Assembly: GCA_039586795.1 (NCBI GenBank)
Contig: JBDHJS010000001.1
Location: forward strand, 32,001 to 96,000
Length of the DNA: 64,000 nucleotides
Direction of reading: 5' to 3'
DNA from: Gemmatimonadota bacterium
GTDB taxonomy: Bacteria; Gemmatimonadota; Gemmatimonadetes; Palauibacterales; KS3-K002
Below, in pieces: positions 29,805 through 39,100 of this stretch. The notes beneath the pieces were generated by a model. The model was not told where the DNA came from and made no database searches. It saw only the letters and a program-made list of their open reading frames with translations. Positions within the stretch are counted from its first letter, which is position 1. Each line of letters starts with the position of its first letter. The position numbers were made by a program, and so were the translations under genes.

Positions 29805-30107
29805 TCAGCGAACGTAGCGGCCCAACAGGTCGACGATCTCCTGCCTCACCTGCTCCGCCGCCGGACCGCCCTCCATGATGGCGTGGGCGGCGCAGCGATC
29901 CAGGTGGTTCCCCAGCAGTTCGCGCTCCACGGCCCGGAGCGCCGAATGGACGGCGGTGCACTGCTGGAGGATGTCGGGGCAGTATCGCTCTTCGTCCACC
30001 ATGCGCTGAATTCCTTCCACCTGCCCGCGGACTCGGGCAAGACGCTTGAGCAGGTCGCGCTTGGTGTTGTCGGCGATACCCATTGCATGTGAGGGATTCT
30101 CTGTCAT
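29805..30107 (-). CDS. csoR: CsoR family copper-sensing repressor
   Basis: RLARVRGQVEGIQRMV.EERYCPDILQQ...NHLDRC (C-H-C ligands). Confidence 0.9.
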   Translation of the reverse strand: MTENPSHAMGIADNTKRDLLKRLARVRGQVEGIQRMVDEERYCPDILQQCTAVHSALRAVERELLGNHLDRCAAHAIMEGGPAAEQVRQEIVDLLGRYVR

Positions 30108-30134
30108 CCGGCAGGGCCTCCTCTGTAGAGAGTA

Positions 30135-30158
30135 TATGCTATACTGGGGTATAGTATA
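30135..30158. promoter_or_regulatory. CsoR operator
   Basis: TATGCTATAC-TGGG-GTATAGTATA: AT-rich inverted repeat around a G tract, just upstream of csoR. Confidence 0.75.
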
Positions 30159-30281
30159 AGAAACCCGTCCCGTCTGCAACCCCCTCCCTCCTGCTAGTGC
30201 TCACGCTCGTGACCCTGTTCAACTCTATCACGAGCAGGAGATGAAAAGAGATACGGCCGGCCCCGTGACACGAAGCCGACC

Positions 30282-30316
30282 GTCTACTGTCTACCCTCTA
30301 CTGTCTACCGTCTACC
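30282..30316 (-). repeat. Five tandem 7-mers (GTCTACY) starting at the stop codon
   Basis: GTCTACT GTCTACC CTCTACT GTCTACC GTCTACC. Confidence 0.85.
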
Positions 30317-31058
30317 GCGCCGATCGCTCCCGTAGGTAGTTCGCGATGGCATCCGCCTCACGGTCTGTGAGCGGCGCGATATCCATGGCGTTCATCAAGC
30401 CACGCATCCGGGCAACGATGGCGTCCCACCCGGCGGCGGTGTGTGCGCGCGGCGACGGCGGCGCGTGACAGATGGCGCACCTCTGCATGAAGAGGTCGAG
30501 GCCGGGTCCGTCCGTCAGTTCGCCGGGTTCGGCTTCCGGCAACGCGTTCCTCTGCAGGTAAGAGAGGATCGAGTCGGTCTGCTCCGGCGTCGGGTACTCG
30601 GCCGTCTCGAGTCCAGCCATCACCACGTCGCCGATCAGGCCGGTTGTGAGCGGGCCGCCTAGTCGGTACTCCAGGGTCTGAGCCCGGTAAAGCATGTTGC
30701 GCAGCAAATACGGCCATTCGGTCGCAGTATGCATCTTGGGTGACGGCAGCCAGTGGCACTGGATGCAGTAAACTTGGAGAAGGCCGGCGCCGCGCGAGCC
30801 GGGTTCGGGCAGCTGCTCCGGTGTGTAGTTGATGGGCGGCAGACCGGAACCGACGGACGCGATCAAGCGCCAGCGCGTACCGCGTTCCATGGCGGCGGTG
30901 GCGGTTCCACCGAGCTCGGCGAGCACGCTGTCGACGACGGCGATGTCGACCTCCTGGTTCGCCTGCTCCTGGACGCAGCCGGCCGCCACTACCGTGAAAG
31001 CAAGCGCGGCGAGGACACCACCCAGTCGCGACCACTTCTCCCGGCTCTGTCTGTGCAT
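30312..31058 (-). CDS. Diheme c-type cytochrome, probable lipoprotein
   Basis: CIQCH and CAICH, each followed by P.P..HTA..W; lipobox AAGC. Confidence 0.8.
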   Translation of the reverse strand: MHRQSREKWSRLGGVLAALAFTVVAAGCVQEQANQEVDIAVVDSVLAELGGTATAAMERGTRWRLIASVGSGLPPINYTPEQLPEPGSRGAGLLQVYCIQCHWLPSPKMHTATEWPYLLRNMLYRAQTLEYRLGGPLTTGLIGDVVMAGLETAEYPTPEQTDSILSYLQRNALPEAEPGELTDGPGLDLFMQRCAICHAPPSPRAHTAAGWDAIVARMRGLMNAMDIAPLTDREADAIANYLRERSAR

Positions 31059-31068
31059 TCTGACTCCC

Positions 31069-31620
31069 TCACGCCTCGTTTCGTCGTTCTCTCAAGCTGG
31101 CGATGCCAGCAACCGTATAGTCTATGATCGCGATGACGGACGCCACGGCGACGACCACCACGAACAGTCCGACCTGATCCGGCGCAAAAAGCAGCACGCC
31201 CAGCGTCACGATCTGCAATACCGTGACCAGCTTGCCGCCGGGTCGGGACCGCGCCACGACATCGACGCCGATCACCTCCGCAACCAGGAATCCCAGCCCC
31301 ACATAGAGGTCGCGGGAGATCAGGATCGCGAATTCCCGCCACCCTAAATAGGGTCCCGGGAGGAATGCCGCCAGAGCGATCAGCACGAACAGCTTGTCGA
31401 ACAGCGGGTCGAGCAGCGCGCCGGTTCGGCTCTCCACGCCCAGCTTCCGGGCGAGCCAGCCGTCGAGAAGATCGGTGACGGCGCTCAGGAACAGCAAGAT
31501 GCCGCGCCAGAGAACCGTGTTGGTCGCGAGGAAGATGAGCGCCAGGGGGAGCCGCAGAGCTGAAATCAGGCTGGGCAACGCAGCCAGCGATGAGCGACGG
31601 GCGCCTGCAGCTGCGTTCAC
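31069..31620 (-). CDS. CDP-alcohol phosphatidyltransferase (PgsA-like)
   Basis: TDLLDGWLARK...GALLDPLFDK. Confidence 0.9.
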   Translation of the reverse strand: MNAAAGARRSSLAALPSLISALRLPLALIFLATNTVLWRGILLFLSAVTDLLDGWLARKLGVESRTGALLDPLFDKLFVLIALAAFLPGPYLGWREFAILISRDLYVGLGFLVAEVIGVDVVARSRPGGKLVTVLQIVTLGVLLFAPDQVGLFVVVVAVASVIAIIDYTVAGIASLRERRNEA

Positions 31621-31774
31621 TGCTCTTCGCCTCCGCCGGACCCGCGGTCAGGTTCCCCTGCCCCGATCATACTCCCTCCTCCGCTCCTCCCTCATTCGCG
31701 ATCGCTGTAGTCCAGTGCCAGAACAATACGCCCCCGTCCGCGCCGCCGCGAGACCCGGCGGTCGTATTTCGCGG

Positions 31775-32692
31775 TTACGCCTGGCGAACCCGTTGAATGA
31801 CGGACCTGAAGGCCGCCGGCTCGTACCCAAAGACCTCGTGAATCGCATTGCCGGCGCCGGGCACGATGCTCTCGTGCATGAGCATCTCCAGCTGGTCCGA
31901 GGTCAGCGGAGTCGGCAGCCGCCAGCTCGAGGCGAGATCGACGAAGGGGCGGACCAGCGATACCGGAACGTGTAGGAACTTCCTGCGCACGCCATACTCC
32001 TCGCATACGATCTCGAGCAAGCGGTTGTAGGTCAGCTTGTGAGGCCCGCCGATGTCATAGCGCGTCCCGGCGAGGTCCGAGCGTTCGGCGGCCTGTACGA
32101 AGATGTTCGCCACATCCTCCACATCGACGGGCTGCAGCCTGTAAGTGCCGTCACCGATCACCGGAAGAACGGGCGCGTGGCGCACCAGCCGCACCAGGAG
32201 CTGAGTGAATTCGCCTTCCGGCCCAACGATGACCGACGGGCGGAAGATCACTGACGGGATCGCGGAGCGCTGTACGGACTCCTCAGCCTCGTGCTTCGTT
32301 CGCATGTATTCCGTGCCCTCTGAATCGGAGCCCAGGGCGCTCATGTGAACGAACTTTGAGACGCCTGCTCGCTCGGCTGCTTCGAGGATGCGCGCCGTAC
32401 CTCTCGTGTGCACGGCCTCGAAGGTCACGTTGGGCGGTTTCTCCCTTATGATGCCCACCAGGTGAATGACCACGTCGCACCCGTCGATCGCGTCCGCGGA
32501 CAACGCGCCAACGAGATCGCCCGTGACAAGCTCGACACCGAGCTCGCGAAGCTCTTCGCTGCCTGCCGGCGAGCGGACCAGCATGCGAACGCCATGGCCA
32601 CGCTCCGCGAGACGCCGGACCACGTAACGGCCGACGAAGCCGGTCCCGCCGGTGAGGAATACCGTTAGCCGTCGATCCGCCGTGCCGTTCAT
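31775..32692 (-). CDS. NAD(P)-dependent epimerase/dehydratase, NDUFA9-like SDR
   Basis: TGGTGFVG, HLVGII.E, MSALG, Y..TK, LQPV; start ATG 32692. Confidence 0.85.
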   Translation of the reverse strand: MNGTADRRLTVFLTGGTGFVGRYVVRRLAERGHGVRMLVRSPAGSEELRELGVELVTGDLVGALSADAIDGCDVVIHLVGIIREKPPNVTFEAVHTRGTARILEAAERAGVSKFVHMSALGSDSEGTEYMRTKHEAEESVQRSAIPSVIFRPSVIVGPEGEFTQLLVRLVRHAPVLPVIGDGTYRLQPVDVEDVANIFVQAAERSDLAGTRYDIGGPHKLTYNRLLEIVCEEYGVRRKFLHVPVSLVRPFVDLASSWRLPTPLTSDQLEMLMHESIVPGAGNAIHEVFGYEPAAFRSVIQRVRQA

Positions 32693-32699
32693 ATTCGGG

Positions 32700-33194
32700 T
32701 TATTTCCCCTTGGGCCGGGAAGGCGTTCGAAGCACCGTTGGTCGCCGAGGCCTCCGCAACCCGGATCGCCCCATCGCCCGACCGAGCACCTGACGCGCAT
32801 TCTCGTAGGTCACTCGAGCCACCGCCTCCATCGGGTCCAGCCAGGCACACTCCCGGATCCCCTCGGCTAACTGCGGGCGCGCTTCTTCGTCCGGGTCGCC
32901 GATCAACAAGAAGTAGTCGCAGAACTTATGCACCAACGCTTTGCTCGACCGAAAGTACCAGTCCGTAGTAGCAAGCTGATCGGCGATTTCCAGGCGTTCC
33001 AACCCGGTTTCCTCGCGACACTCGCGAAGCGCGGCGTCTCGATTCGTCTCACCGGCTTCGACGTGTCCCTTTGGAAAACCCCAGTTGCCGTAGCTGTCCT
33101 TTATCAACAGAAATTCGATGTCCCCAGCCGCCGTCTGCCGTTGAATGACACCACCAGCACTGAACTCGATCCGCACGGGCCGCAGACCCACCAT
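32700..33194 (-). CDS. NUDIX hydrolase (Ap4A hydrolase-like)
   Basis: SAGGV, WGFPKGHVE.GE...AALRECREETGL Nudix box. Confidence 0.9.
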   Translation of the reverse strand: MVGLRPVRIEFSAGGVIQRQTAAGDIEFLLIKDSYGNWGFPKGHVEAGETNRDAALRECREETGLERLEIADQLATTDWYFRSSKALVHKFCDYFLLIGDPDEEARPQLAEGIRECAWLDPMEAVARVTYENARQVLGRAMGRSGLRRPRRPTVLRTPSRPKGK

Positions 33195-34013
33195 TCAGAC
33201 CTCCACGAAACTGGGCGCGGGAGCCCGCTGGAGGGCGCCGAGCTCGGCGGCGCGCTTGAAGAACTCCTGGAGCCCGGCGGCGAGCTCCGCGTTCCAACCG
33301 TATTCAAGGCTTCGCCAGTAATCGAGCAGTCCCTCTGTCGTCCAACCGAACCCGGCGGCCAGACGGCCGGCGAGCTCCGGCAAGCGCTCCATCGACCAGT
33401 CGCGCGACGCGTGCAGCGCACCGGTCAGTCGGGTCAGCTCCTCGTCGCGTTCGCGGCCCGTGGCGGTCTGCCAGAGCGCGAAGACGAAGGGGAGGCCCGT
33501 CCAATCCTGCCAGACGCTTCCCAGGTCGTGAGCGCTCAAGCCGTCTCTCGTTGACTGGCGATGCGCGATGTCGCCGATGAACAGCGCGCCGTCGGCGCCG
33601 GAGGCCAGAGGGTCTTCCGATTCCTGGTCGAACCAGGAGTACTCCGGACGGATGCCGACACGCTGCGTCAGTATTATCTTGAGCAACACCACCGAAGTGG
33701 CGGAGGATGTGGGTATCGCGATCCGCGAGTCATCGGTCAGTTGTTCGATCGGCACTCGGGTCAGGAACTGGATCGTCCGGACCGGCCCATTCGCCGAGAT
33801 CGATAGACCCGGCAACGCGCGGTAGCGGTCGGCGTGTCTGCCGTACTCTATGCTGGATGCCGGCGCGACATCGATCGCGCCGCGCTCCAGCAGGGCGTTC
33901 AATTGGCCGGGCACACCGTGGACCAGCTGGACGGACGGCGGCGGTCCGACCTCCAACAGCTGGCCGTGCACGGGATAGCAATTGCTGTAGTTTATGTGTC
34001 CTAGCCTGAGCAT
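33195..34013 (-). CDS. mqnA: Chorismate dehydratase (futalosine menaquinone pathway)
   Basis: LGHINYSNCYP, P.QLN..L, SATSV.L, IGD.A, DLG..W..WTGLPFVFALW; start ATG 34013. Confidence 0.85.
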   Translation of the reverse strand: MLRLGHINYSNCYPVHGQLLEVGPPPSVQLVHGVPGQLNALLERGAIDVAPASSIEYGRHADRYRALPGLSISANGPVRTIQFLTRVPIEQLTDDSRIAIPTSSATSVVLLKIILTQRVGIRPEYSWFDQESEDPLASGADGALFIGDIAHRQSTRDGLSAHDLGSVWQDWTGLPFVFALWQTATGRERDEELTRLTGALHASRDWSMERLPELAGRLAAGFGWTTEGLLDYWRSLEYGWNAELAAGLQEFFKRAAELGALQRAPAPSFVEV

Positions 34014-34114
34014 AGTTGAGCAAGCTAAGTTGAGTCCGTGTTGGCGGGCAACGCCGATGGTGTGACGAGCCGGACAGCAGCCCGCACCGGAGAGAGGAGC
34101 CGATACCGTTGTCG

Positions 34115-35050
34115 ATGGCACACATACGTTGGTCGCAGCTCCGCATCGGGCTGTTTGTAACGGTGATCTCGATCGCATCGGCCATCGTCGTGTTCTTCAT
34201 CGACCGCTTCAGCGATATGCTCTCCGAGCCCTACACGCTGTATTTTCACACCCTCACCAACCAACCGCTAGCACGGCGGGCGCCCGTATGGCTGGCCGGG
34301 CAGCCGGTTGGACACGTTCAGAGCTTGAGGCTCTTCACGCCCGAGATAGGTCAACAAGACGTGTTGAGCGTCGAGATGGCCATCGACCAGAGCGCCATGC
34401 CTTTCATCACAGAAGGCGCCGGCGTACGGGTCACCAGCGCCGGCCTGCTGGGAGAGGCCATCGTGAACATCACGCCGGCCACGGAGCCGGGACCGCCGGT
34501 GCCGGAAGGATCGGTGCTTCCCGCCGCGTACTTCATCGACCCGCAAGAGGCAACCCACAAGTTCAGGGCGATCTCCGACTCGCTGAAGCCGGTTATCGAT
34601 CGGTGGGGCGAGGTGCTTCAACTGGCGCGGCACGGAGACGGTACCCTGAGCAGGTTGATGCGCCAACCGAGTGACCTACTGGACCTACACGCCAATCTGC
34701 AGGCCGCGGCCGTGACGCTCGACACGGTGGGCCGGGTGGCGGGTGGACTGGCGGGACTATTCAGCGAACCCGACGTGCGCGGCGCGCTCGACCAACTCGG
34801 TCCCCGTCTCGAGACGCTGATGAACCGTTGGAACGACCCGACCGGAAGCGTCGGTCAATTCAGCAGCGACACGACGCTCGCCACACACCTGGAGAGCATT
34901 CAGCGCACCGTGGCGCAGGTGAACGAGCGCCTGGAAACGGGAGACGGGACGCTGGGCCGATTCAAGTCCGATCGGGCCCTAGCCGAGGAGTTAGAGCGGA
35001 CACGGGAACTACTTCAAGCCCTGCGGCGGGACCTCTCCGGGGGAGGCTAA
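34115..35050 (+). CDS. MlaD/MCE family protein
   Basis: N-terminal TM, APVWLAGQPVGHV, GLLGE..VNITP, GDGTL repeats. Confidence 0.85.
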   Translation: MAHIRWSQLRIGLFVTVISIASAIVVFFIDRFSDMLSEPYTLYFHTLTNQPLARRAPVWLAGQPVGHVQSLRLFTPEIGQQDVLSVEMAIDQSAMPFITEGAGVRVTSAGLLGEAIVNITPATEPGPPVPEGSVLPAAYFIDPQEATHKFRAISDSLKPVIDRWGEVLQLARHGDGTLSRLMRQPSDLLDLHANLQAAAVTLDTVGRVAGGLAGLFSEPDVRGALDQLGPRLETLMNRWNDPTGSVGQFSSDTTLATHLESIQRTVAQVNERLETGDGTLGRFKSDRALAEELERTRELLQALRRDLSGGG

Positions 35051-35051
35051 C

Positions 35052-35091
35052 AATCCCCGAACCTCGTAATCCCCGAACCCCCGAATCCCAT
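35052..35091. repeat. Five tandem degenerate 8-mers (AATCCCCG) between convergent genes
   Basis: AATCCCCG AACCTCGT AATCCCCG AACCCCCG AATCCCAT. Confidence 0.8.
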
Positions 35092-35477
35092 CACCTCCCC
35101 CGCCGACGCCCCCTCCTCGCCTTACCCAGATCCCCTCTCTTCGGCAGCGACCCATCAATGATGAACGTGATGTCGCCTTTGCCGTCTGAGGAGCGGGAGG
35201 TGACCACGATCTGATCGACCTGGCTCTTCGCATCGTCCACCGTCACCTCGAAGTTGACCTTCCCGTCGGCCGATGTGATTCGCGTCCGTACTTTGTCGCC
35301 GGGATCGCGCTCGGCACAGGTCGCCGGATTCCGAAACAGCGTCTTGGTGGACTGACGGTTACCCGCCGACAGCGTGCGGGAGATCTTGATCTGCCGCAGC
35401 CAGTCGGGCTGGTAGCTGATTTTGTACTTGGCACCGTGCTGATCGATGCCTTCTCCATCGCGATTATGCCGGGCCAT
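35091..35477 (-). CDS. Hypothetical protein with basic C-terminal tail
   Basis: GGGGGAG RBS, coding-like codon usage; no family recognised. Confidence 0.65.
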   Translation of the reverse strand: MARHNRDGEGIDQHGAKYKISYQPDWLRQIKISRTLSAGNRQSTKTLFRNPATCAERDPGDKVRTRITSADGKVNFEVTVDDAKSQVDQIVVTSRSSDGKGDITFIIDGSLPKRGDLGKARRGRRRGR

Positions 35478-35593
35478 GCGGTAAGGCTCCCCCCAGGATG
35501 CGGCGCGGCGGTGTCGCCAAGAATAAAGAAAGGGCCTTCAATTTTTGCGGAGAGTCGTCGCGCGTCAAGTCACCGCGGTCTGTTTCTTCAGCC

Positions 35594-36766
35594 TCATATG
35601 CGGAACGGAACCGGAACGAAGCAGAGCAAGAACACGATCGCCGTCGCCAGACCGACATAAGCTCTCTCTCGGTTCAGCCCCTCCCGCGCATCGAACAGCG
35701 GCGGATGCTGGATCTTGCCGCGACCGACCGCGAAGACCAGCGCCGCCCAGACCCACCATCCGGCCCAGAGGAAGCCCAGCGGAATCAGCGCCAGGAAGAA
35801 GGTCCAGGCCAGCGCCCGCTGTCGTTGGCCCACGACCGCGTAGAGGATGTGCCCACCGTCCAGTTGCGATATGGGGAGCAAGTTCAACGCCGTGACGAAC
35901 AGCCCCAGCCAGCCGGCGAAGGCGACGGGATGAAGCTCCAATACCTGGCCGGGCCCAGGGAAACCGAGCAGCGCACGGGTCATCGCGAGGAGAATCGGCG
36001 AGCCTCCCAGCCAGAAGACCTCCGTTCCCGCGAACCGTACCATCAAGAGACCGGGCAGCTCCGCCGTCACGTTGAGCACCCTACTGTGCGCCAGCCCCCA
36101 CCAGAGTACGGGTATCGACACGAGGAAGCTCATCAGTGGGCCGGCGACGCCGACATCGAGCAGTTGCCGACGGCTGAGGACCGGCGATCGCAATCGAATG
36201 AACGCGCCCAGGGTTCCGATCACAGAGATGTAGGGCGGAAACGGAATGAAGAACGGAGGGGTCACGCTGATCCGGTAGTGCCGCGCAGCGAAGTAGTGAC
36301 CGGCTTCGTGTAAGGCGAGGATACCTACCAGCGTGAGTCCGAACGGGAGGCCGGCCGGCAGCTGACCCAAATCGATGCCCACCGGAACCGGTATCCACCA
36401 ACCGCCGAACAGCGTCAGCGCGATGAACTCAACCGGTTGATGGCCCGACAACAGACTCCCGGCTATGACCGTACTGAACAACGTAGCGAGAAAGAGCAGG
36501 CTGTGCAGCCACCAGCGCTCGCGCCGCGGCGCCGCCTGGAAGAGCAGCATTTCGTACCCGAAGGCACCTTTCCGAAAGGCGTGCGAGCCTTGCCAATCGG
36601 CAAGCACTTCCCGAACCTCTGGCGAACGGGGGTCCAGGCCCGGCAAGAGAGTGCCAGAAACGATTCGACCCTTACGCACGGGCTCGACGCTATAGAAGGC
36701 GAGGATCCGGGCAAGCTCGGGTAGCACTTGACCCGCTGGTGTAGGGCTGTTAGTATGCGAAGTCAC
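35594..36766 (-). CDS. Site-2 protease (M50) family intramembrane metalloprotease
   Basis: HEAGH, GTLGAFIR, AGPL, NLLPISQLDGGH. Confidence 0.92.
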   Translation of the reverse strand: MTSHTNSPTPAGQVLPELARILAFYSVEPVRKGRIVSGTLLPGLDPRSPEVREVLADWQGSHAFRKGAFGYEMLLFQAAPRRERWWLHSLLFLATLFSTVIAGSLLSGHQPVEFIALTLFGGWWIPVPVGIDLGQLPAGLPFGLTLVGILALHEAGHYFAARHYRISVTPPFFIPFPPYISVIGTLGAFIRLRSPVLSRRQLLDVGVAGPLMSFLVSIPVLWWGLAHSRVLNVTAELPGLLMVRFAGTEVFWLGGSPILLAMTRALLGFPGPGQVLELHPVAFAGWLGLFVTALNLLPISQLDGGHILYAVVGQRQRALAWTFFLALIPLGFLWAGWWVWAALVFAVGRGKIQHPPLFDAREGLNRERAYVGLATAIVFLLCFVPVPFRI

Positions 36767-36976
36767 CGACCAGCACCCCGCGTCACTGCGCCGCGACCAA
36801 TTACTCCAGAAAACAACAGAAAGCAGCTTTCGAGTAGAGCACGTAAATCCGAGGAGTTCAATAAGTTAACCCTCTCCGCCTTTCACGTCTGGCGGTAGGT
36901 GATTCCAAGCCAGGGCCCCTATCAAAAAACGAACTCCCCAGCCTAGAAACTGAACGACCACCACACGAGAAGCATC

Positions 36977-38239
36977 ATGAGTAACTCCCTAGACATAGCC
37001 GAGCTTAAGGCCAAATCGGTACAAGACCTCCATGAGATGGCCGAGGAGCTCAACATCCAGAACTACTCCGGCCTGCGCAAGCAGGACCTGATCTTCCGCA
37101 TCGAACAGAACTTGCTCGACTCCGACGTGATCCTCCGCGCCGAAGGCGTGCTGGAGATTCTGCCGGAGGGCTACGGTTTCCTGCGCAGCCAGGACTGGAA
37201 CTATCTGTACGGTCCGGATGACATCTACGTGTCTCCATCACAGATCAAGCGATTCGATCTGCGGACCGGCGATACCGTATTGGGCCAAGTGCGGCCTCCC
37301 AAAGAGGGCGAGCGATACCTGGCGCTGCTCAAGGTGGAGGTCGTCAACGGTGAGGATCCGGAGAAGTCGAAGCATCGGATCAGCTTCGACAATCTGCGGC
37401 CCCGTTATCCGGAGGAGCGCATCACCCTGGAGCGCAAGAACGGCGACATCGCCAACCGGATCATCGATCTGGTCGCGCCCACCGGGAAGGGTCAGCGCGG
37501 CCTCATAACCTCGCCGCCGAAGGCCGGTAAGACAATCCTCCTGCAAAAGGTCGCCAATGCGATCACCGAAAACCACCCCGACGTTCACCTCATCGTTCTG
37601 CTCATCGACGAGCGTCCGGAAGAGGTGACGGACATGGAGGAGCACGTCGATGCTGAAGTGATCGCGTCGACGTTCGATGAGCCAGCCGATCGTCACACTC
37701 AGGTCGCCGAGATGGTGATCGAGAAGGCCAAGCGTCTCGTAGAGCACAAGCACGACGTTGTGATTCTGCTCGACTCGATCACTCGATTGGCTCGCGCCTA
37801 CAACGTCGTTGTGCCCCACTCGGGTAAGATCCTGTCCGGTGGTGTGGACGCCAACGCGCTTCACAAGCCGAAACGGTTCTTTGGCTCGGCGCGTAACCTG
37901 GAAGAGGGCGGCAGTCTGACGATCATCGCGACGGCGCTCATCGAGACCGGTTCCCGAATGGACGAGGTGATCTTCGAGGAATTCAAAGGCACCGGCAACA
38001 TGGAGATTGTCCTCGATCGACATATCGCCGACAAGCGCATCTTCCCCGCAATCGACATTAACCGATCCGGAACGCGCCGCGAAGAATTGCTGCTCGACGA
38101 GAAGACTCTCAACCGGATGTACCTGCTCAGAAACTTCCTCGCCGATATGCCGCCGGCGGAGTCGATCGAGTTCTTGATTCAGAGGATGAAGCGGGCGGAG
38201 AATAATGACGAGTTCTTGGATTCGATGCAGGAAGGGTGA
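36977..38239 (+). CDS. rho: Transcription termination factor Rho
   Basis: [41 protein letters not shown]. Confidence 0.98.
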   Translation: MSNSLDIAELKAKSVQDLHEMAEELNIQNYSGLRKQDLIFRIEQNLLDSDVILRAEGVLEILPEGYGFLRSQDWNYLYGPDDIYVSPSQIKRFDLRTGDTVLGQVRPPKEGERYLALLKVEVVNGEDPEKSKHRISFDNLRPRYPEERITLERKNGDIANRIIDLVAPTGKGQRGLITSPPKAGKTILLQKVANAITENHPDVHLIVLLIDERPEEVTDMEEHVDAEVIASTFDEPADRHTQVAEMVIEKAKRLVEHKHDVVILLDSITRLARAYNVVVPHSGKILSGGVDANALHKPKRFFGSARNLEEGGSLTIIATALIETGSRMDEVIFEEFKGTGNMEIVLDRHIADKRIFPAIDINRSGTRREELLLDEKTLNRMYLLRNFLADMPPAESIEFLIQRMKRAENNDEFLDSMQEG

Positions 38240-38241
38240 TT

Positions 38242-38386
38242 GGGCGTAGGGGGTTGAGGGTAGAGAGTAGAGGGTAGGAGGCGGACGCGCAGCTGACAGT
38301 CAAAGAACAGAAACGGCCGGACGTGCTTGCCGCGCGCCGGCCGTCTTCTTTCCCCCTACTCCCTACCCTTCACCCCCTACGCCCTA
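38242..38386. repeat. ~34 bp inverted repeat of TAG-containing 7-mers enclosing a terminator hairpin
   Basis: 38242-38275 vs reverse complement of 38351-38384, about 29/34 identical. Confidence 0.8.
38303..38351. terminator. Bidirectional intrinsic terminator between rho and the PRTase gene
   Basis: ACGGCCGG (38313-20)/CCGGCCGT (38337-44), A-rich 5' and T-rich 3' flanks. Confidence 0.65.
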
Positions 38387-38932
38387 CGCGTCACCACTCT
38401 CCCCAAGCAAATCTTCATACTCCGGATTAACCACCAGCCGTCCCGACTCACTCTCAACCACCTCCCTATCCCAGGGGAAGACAACAATGCCGTCCGTGGC
38501 AAGGGCGAAGTAATCGGGCTGGTAGCCGCCTTCGCGGACCAGAGACGTGGCGGTGCGCACCTCCGTGGGCCCGACGTCGCGTACGGCGGCGAGGGCGAGG
38601 CGCATCGTGTCGCCGCTGTCACAGATTTCATCGACGAGTAGCACATTGCGGCCCGCCAGTTGCGGCGGTGCGACGGACAACACCTCCGGGCGCTGAAGCG
38701 AGCCATCGTCGTCCTCGCGGCGGGTGATCTTTATGGCGTAGAACGGCTTCTGAAGCATGGCGGCAACGACAGCGCCGGGGATCACGCCGGCGGCGGCGAT
38801 CCCGACAACGACATCGGGCTCGAAATCGCGAGCCACGGTAATCCCGAGAACGCGGCAGAGCTCGCCGAACAACTCCCAAGAAAGCTCCAGAACGCCATCG
38901 CCGTGCAGGTCGGTGAAATCGAGTTCGGCCAC
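38384..38932 (-). CDS. Type I phosphoribosyltransferase (xanthine/guanine PRT-like)
   Basis: VLLVDEICDSGDT PRPP motif; VVFPWD. Confidence 0.88.
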   Translation of the reverse strand: MAELDFTDLHGDGVLELSWELFGELCRVLGITVARDFEPDVVVGIAAAGVIPGAVVAAMLQKPFYAIKITRREDDDGSLQRPEVLSVAPPQLAGRNVLLVDEICDSGDTMRLALAAVRDVGPTEVRTATSLVREGGYQPDYFALATDGIVVFPWDREVVESESGRLVVNPEYEDLLGESGDA

Positions 38933-39100
38933 GCTCGCTCCTATTGTTAGAATGAAGTCGAAGATTGCCGGTTTGTAAGAGGCCAGTCAACAGATACGAA
39001 ATACCCTCCCCCTGTTGGAGCGCTCGAGCATCCACTATTTTGCAGGTGTCTTCGGTGTCTCTTCGCGACACGATCTTGTAGGGGACGGGAGAGTGGTGTT

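Noticed and set aside
36767..36976. Structured ncRNA in the rho leader
   Set aside because: Only a short hairpin (CCGCC...GGCGG) is visible; not enough to call without covariance analysis.
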